The position numbers and the translations under genes are program-made. From Candidatus Latescibacterota bacterium (GTDB lineage: Bacteria > Latescibacterota > UBA2968 > GCA-2709665): DNA of 64,000 nucleotides. This document shows positions 60,488 through 64,000 of this stretch, piece by piece; position 1 is the first letter of the stretch, and each line of letters opens with the position of its first letter. The stretch covers positions 288,001 through 352,000 of the forward strand of contig OZ242358.1 in assembly GCA_965208835.1 (NCBI GenBank), written 5' to 3'. The notes under the pieces were generated by a model, which made no database searches, had not been told where the DNA came from, and was given only the letters and a program-made list of their open reading frames with translations.

Positions 60488-61171
60488 TCATACGCGTATC
60501 TTTGAGATCGATATATGGCCTTTGAAACAGGCGTCCATGTCACTTCCGGGTTGCCGCGGCCGGTCGTGGTAGATACCAGTGTACCGAAAAGCGTCACCGG
60601 TTCGCACGTACGTCATCAGGTTTGGGCTGGTGTCCACGCGAGCTTGTCTTGTTTCCAGACGGACCCCATCGTGTTCGGGATGCGGCAGATTCACATTGAG
60701 AAAACACCCGGCCTCAAGCGTCTCGCTCAGCAGCCTGCCCAGAACCGGTTGAATCCGTTCGGCTGCAAGACGCCAGTCGATCGACCGGTCTTTCGCTCTA
60801 TAGTGTGACAGGGCAATGGCCTTATATCCGAGAATAGCCGCCTCCCGGGCCGCGGCCACGGTCCCGGAATCGTAGATATCCACTCCGAGATTGCTTCCGT
60901 TGTTGATCCCGGAGAGCAGCCAGTCGCCATCGGATGCCAGTTGGCTCAAACCCAGGCGAGTACAGTCGGCAGGCGTGCCCCAGACCCTGAACCGTTCTTC
61001 CGTCAGCTTATCGACCCGAACGGGTTTGTCGGTTGTCAAAGTATGTCCGACACCCGACTGCGGTTGTGCAGGTGCGACAACCACGACCTCGCCCCGCCGG
61101 GACGCCAGCCGAACCAGCGTGCTGATGCCATCTGCTTCAATGCCGTCGTCGTTCGTAACGATCAGTTTCAA
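60488..61171 (-). CDS. surE: 5'/3'-nucleotidase SurE
   Basis: TNDDGI, QSGVGH, GTPADC, SGINNGSNLG..IYDSGTV.AA.EA. Confidence 0.93.
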   Translation of the reverse strand: MKLIVTNDDGIEADGISTLVRLASRRGEVVVVAPAQPQSGVGHTLTTDKPVRVDKLTEERFRVWGTPADCTRLGLSQLASDGDWLLSGINNGSNLGVDIYDSGTVAAAREAAILGYKAIALSHYRAKDRSIDWRLAAERIQPVLGRLLSETLEAGCFLNVNLPHPEHDGVRLETRQARVDTSPNLMTYVRTGDAFRYTGIYHDRPRQPGSDMDACFKGHISISKIRV

Positions 61172-61192
61172 CTTGCGCTCCCCGTCAGACCG

Positions 61193-61798
61193 TCATTGCG
61201 AAGTCGCCCGCTTCGCTCGCGATTCGGTCTGGCCCGCCTGGCGCAGCGGTTTCTTCAACAGGCGGCCCCAGTAACTGTCGTACGGGTGGACGACCCGCAC
61301 CCGTTCTTCGGCCCGGTAGACAGGCCGTCCTTCATTCGCCCATCTGAATATTGACCCTTCGAGATTGTAGACTTCGGTAAAACCCGTCTTCATCAGAAAT
61401 TCGGCGAGTTCGGAGGAACGGTATCCTACGGAACAGTACACGACGATGCGACGGTTCGCGGGTACGCCCCGGAGAATTCTTATTGCCTCGTCCTTCGAGC
61501 TGGCAGCCCTGGCGCCCAGGAGATGGCTGACAGCATATTCCTCCGGTTTTCGTACGTCCAGCAGAATGAGCTCTTCCTGCTTCGGCGACTCGTCGAGCCA
61601 CGACTGCAGCGTATCGGTCGGGACATGGGCGACCGCGGGAAACCTCGCGCGAATCGTATTGAGCGTGGATGTCCACGACTTCGCACTGTCTTCGGCTTTT
61701 TCCTGTGCTATCGAGGAAGCGGGTGAGCAGGCAAGGATGCCGGCAAACATCAACAAGAGCGGGCGAGGTATAAAAGAAGGGCTGAAGAGGAACGCCAT
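61193..61798 (-). CDS. Rhodanese-like domain protein, probably exported
   Basis: LLDVRKPEEYAVSHL, YCSVGYRS, NLEGSIFRW; N-terminal hydrophobic segment. Confidence 0.85.
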   Translation of the reverse strand: MAFLFSPSFIPRPLLLMFAGILACSPASSIAQEKAEDSAKSWTSTLNTIRARFPAVAHVPTDTLQSWLDESPKQEELILLDVRKPEEYAVSHLLGARAASSKDEAIRILRGVPANRRIVVYCSVGYRSSELAEFLMKTGFTEVYNLEGSIFRWANEGRPVYRAEERVRVVHPYDSYWGRLLKKPLRQAGQTESRAKRATSQ

Positions 61799-61802
61799 GG
61801 AT

Positions 61803-62723
61803 TCAGATAAGCGAATGAATCTCGAGGAATTCGCGCATCGCCTCGACGCATTCCGCGGGTTGTTCCAATTGCAGGAGGTGGGTCGTTTCAGGGAGGAAAT
61901 CGTAGTCGACGGTGACGATATCGCTGAGATCGAGCGTCGGCAGATAGGAAAAAGGCAGAGTGGGATCTGCGCCGATGACCTTCAGTGGGCAACGGAATTT
62001 CGGAAAGTCGACGAGCACGGCAAACGTGGCGGCGTAATCGACGATCTGCGCTTCGTATTCCCGGGGACACCGGAGTTCGAAACCTTGCCCGTTCGGGCAT
62101 CTGCGAAGGGTCGTTCTCGCCACAAGCTCGAAGACGCCCGGCACAACGCGCTGGAAGGTCGGCAGGTAGGGGAGTACGTCCGCGAATTCCTGCCTGGCTT
62201 CGAAATGGTTCGCGCGGCGCCGCGTCATTGCGGCAACGCGTTCAGCCGCAGCATCGAATTCTTCGTAACTGGCGCCGTGCTTGCACAGTGGAGGGTCGAA
62301 CAGAACGCATGCGGAGAATCCGCTGCCTCTGGCGGACGAGAGTAGCGTGATCAGGGCGGAAACCGAATGGAATACGCCTATTCTCGGTTTTTTTTCGAAG
62401 TGCCGGTCGATTGCATCGAGAATACGGTCGTGGTCATTGACGAACGTTGGGACACTATGCTCGTGAATGGAACTGACCGTGTTCCAGCCGTGGTTCCTCA
62501 GGTCGTAGACAATCAGGTCGAAATCGTCCAGCAGCAATGACCAGAACGGGAAATAGAGATCGATCGCGAGACCGTTGCCATGGCTCAAAACGAGACGTGG
62601 ACCCTCAGGGTTTCCATGACGCCGCAACGTGATGCGGGTGTCGTCGTCCACGGGGACGTCAATCGTGGCATGCGGCTCGGGGATTTCCCATATCGTTTCC
62701 GGGCGCGTGGACAAATGGCACAT
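61803..62723 (-). CDS. Alpha/beta hydrolase of the sup-type PKS cluster
   Basis: SHGNGLA, YDLRNHG, atypical nucleophile elbow FHSVS, THLLQLEQP; start uncertain (ORF open to 62834). Confidence 0.8.
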   Translation of the reverse strand: MCHLSTRPETIWEIPEPHATIDVPVDDDTRITLRRHGNPEGPRLVLSHGNGLAIDLYFPFWSLLLDDFDLIVYDLRNHGWNTVSSIHEHSVPTFVNDHDRILDAIDRHFEKKPRIGVFHSVSALITLLSSARGSGFSACVLFDPPLCKHGASYEEFDAAAERVAAMTRRRANHFEARQEFADVLPYLPTFQRVVPGVFELVARTTLRRCPNGQGFELRCPREYEAQIVDYAATFAVLVDFPKFRCPLKVIGADPTLPFSYLPTLDLSDIVTVDYDFLPETTHLLQLEQPAECVEAMREFLEIHSLI

Positions 62724-62864
62724 CTTTCCAGGGAGTTGATTCAACGATGCAGTGGCCGCAGGATCTGACGGCACCGCATTGAATTCCCTTAAATTCAATG
62801 TGGCCCCGGACAAGAATCCGGGGCCAGTCGTCAATCAGTGAACGCGCTCCATTTGGGAACCGTC

Positions 62865-63104
62865 TCACCCGGCATTCAGGCGATCGACCAGTTCCCGGAC
62901 GCTCTTGACCTCTCCACAATCTTCAAGACTAAATTTAACTTCGAACTCCTGCGCGACCAGTTTCGCGAACGCCACGAGGTCCACGGAGGAAATACCGGCC
63001 TCCATGAGGCTGATATTCAGGTCATCCGGCAGCGCGATCGGCTGCCCGTCCACTTCGAGATTTTCCGCGATGAGCGTTCTGAGACGATCTTCGGTTGAAG
63101 CCAT
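62865..63104 (-). CDS. Free-standing acyl carrier protein (SupB-like)
   Basis: 79 aa acidic protein; EAGISSVD phosphopantetheine-site Ser. Confidence 0.8.
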   Translation of the reverse strand: MASTEDRLRTLIAENLEVDGQPIALPDDLNISLMEAGISSVDLVAFAKLVAQEFEVKFSLEDCGEVKSVRELVDRLNAG

Positions 63105-63148
63105 AGCTGCGACCCTTTCAATTAGGTAATCGGTTTATACGGACAGGT

Positions 63149-63177
63149 AAGATAGCGATCATCAAATGTCAAGTCAA
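63149..63177 (-). promoter_or_regulatory. Possible sigma70 promoter for ACP/hydrolase genes
   Basis: TTGACT-17 bp-TATCTT. Confidence 0.45.
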
Positions 63178-63194
63178 CAGGTTTTGTTGCTGGT

Positions 63195-64000
63195 TTATCT
63201 GGAACGATTGTTCGCTTCAATCCAGTGACGGCGGCGCTGGAACGGATAGGAAGGAAGCGAGATGCGGCGCCGGGATTCGCCCGCGAACAACCCCTTGAAC
63301 GAAACCGCGTGTCCCGACTCGAAAACACGCGCGACCGCCTCCGTGATGCCGCCGTCATTTGCGTCCGTGTTTTCGTCTGCTGCAAATCGCAGGCTGTCAA
63401 TCACATCCGGCGCCTCGCCGCCGTTCGAGGTGGTCGGCCAGGCTTGAACGATTTCGGGACCGGGCAATGCTGCCGGGCCGATCCCCACGACAACCTGTAC
63501 GCCCAGATCGGCCAACGTGTCGATGCAATTTCGGAACGGCACCGGCTCATCGACCTGGCGTTGCCAGTACTCCGCATCCCCGGCCTCGTCTGATGTAATC
63601 AACCTCCCGGTGACGTGGCTGATCAGGTCGACCGAAGGCGTTTTGGCCGTGACGTCCAGGGATCCGTTTGCGGCGCGGGCGGCCGAAAACCGCAATCCCT
63701 CCTCCAGGCTGAAGACGCCGGCCGCCTGCGCCGCCGCGATTTCTCCGATGTCGGTTCCGACGACCACGTTCGGTCGGATTCCCGCGCTGGACCAGAGTGC
63801 CGTAAGCGCGCATTCCAGCGCATAGGCGGCCGGCTGGGCCCACGCGGGATCGTCGAGCAGGCCGTCCGATCCGGCGCGCCCGAACATCACGTCAAGGAGC
63901 GAGGCGCCCCGAATTTCGCCAAAGGCCACCTCGCAGCGATCCAGTACCGCACGCACCACGGGCTCCGTTTCGTACAGCGCCAGGACCACGTCGGCACGAT
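63195..64000 (-). CDS. C-terminus of a type I PKS (SupA-like) ending in a degenerate AT domain; runs off right edge
   Basis: AQPAAYALECALTALW, GTDIGEIAAA (GHSxG lost), YWQRQ, LPSYPFQRRRHW. Confidence 0.85.
   Translation of the reverse strand, partial: RADVVLALYETEPVVRAVLDRCEVAFGEIRGASLLDVMFGRAGSDGLLDDPAWAQPAAYALECALTALWSSAGIRPNVVVGTDIGEIAAAQAAGVFSLEEGLRFSAARAANGSLDVTAKTPSVDLISHVTGRLITSDEAGDAEYWQRQVDEPVPFRNCIDTLADLGVQVVVGIGPAALPGPEIVQAWPTTSNGGEAPDVIDSLRFAADENTDANDGGITEAVARVFESGHAVSFKGLFAGESRRRISLPSYPFQRRRHWIEANNRSR

Noticed and set aside
61192-61222. REP-like remnant GTCATTGCGA...CTTCGCTCGC at the rhodanese 3' end
   Set aside because: Single short degenerate copy; not enough to call a repeat

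Overview
High-GC bacterial chromosome segment with four blocks. The sup-type PKS cluster suggests a marine sponge symbiont, possibly Latescibacterota/Gemmatimonadota-like; this is inference only. (1) 1-5.2 kb: partial heparinase II/III-like gene, Yip1, HepT/MntA toxin-antitoxin pair, Fic, an orphan MNT and a nitroreductase. (2) 5.6-34.6 kb, all minus strand: a bioenergetic super-cluster nuoA-CD-E-F-G-H-J-K-L-M, then a 10-gene Mrp/Mnh antiporter cluster, nuoN and a complete F1Fo atp operon. nuoB and nuoI are absent, and three families of MITE-like repeats sit in the intergenic spaces. (3) 36.9-56.3 kb: a type I R-M operon (hsdM, hsdS ... hsdR, YgjP-like peptidase) with about 11 kb of defence cargo nested between hsdS and hsdR. 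The cargo comprises a frameshifted RloC-like ATPase, a decayed methylase fragment, a DUF6978/DUF1828-like pair, an ATPase+PIN pair and a five-gene SLATT-TGT-OGG-QueC-TIR operon. That operon is the top finding: it carries the type IV CBASS ancillary trio (Cap9/10/11-like) but has a Thoeris-type TIR with an N-terminal Gly-rich tail in place of the CD-NTase. It is a candidate deazaguanylation-controlled TIR signalling defence system. (4) 56.6-64 kb: STAS, an NCS2 permease fused to a degenerate RsbW-like domain, HpcH aldolase, SurE, rhodanese and the 3' end of a sup-type PKS cluster. All family calls come from motif recognition by eye; no searches were run.
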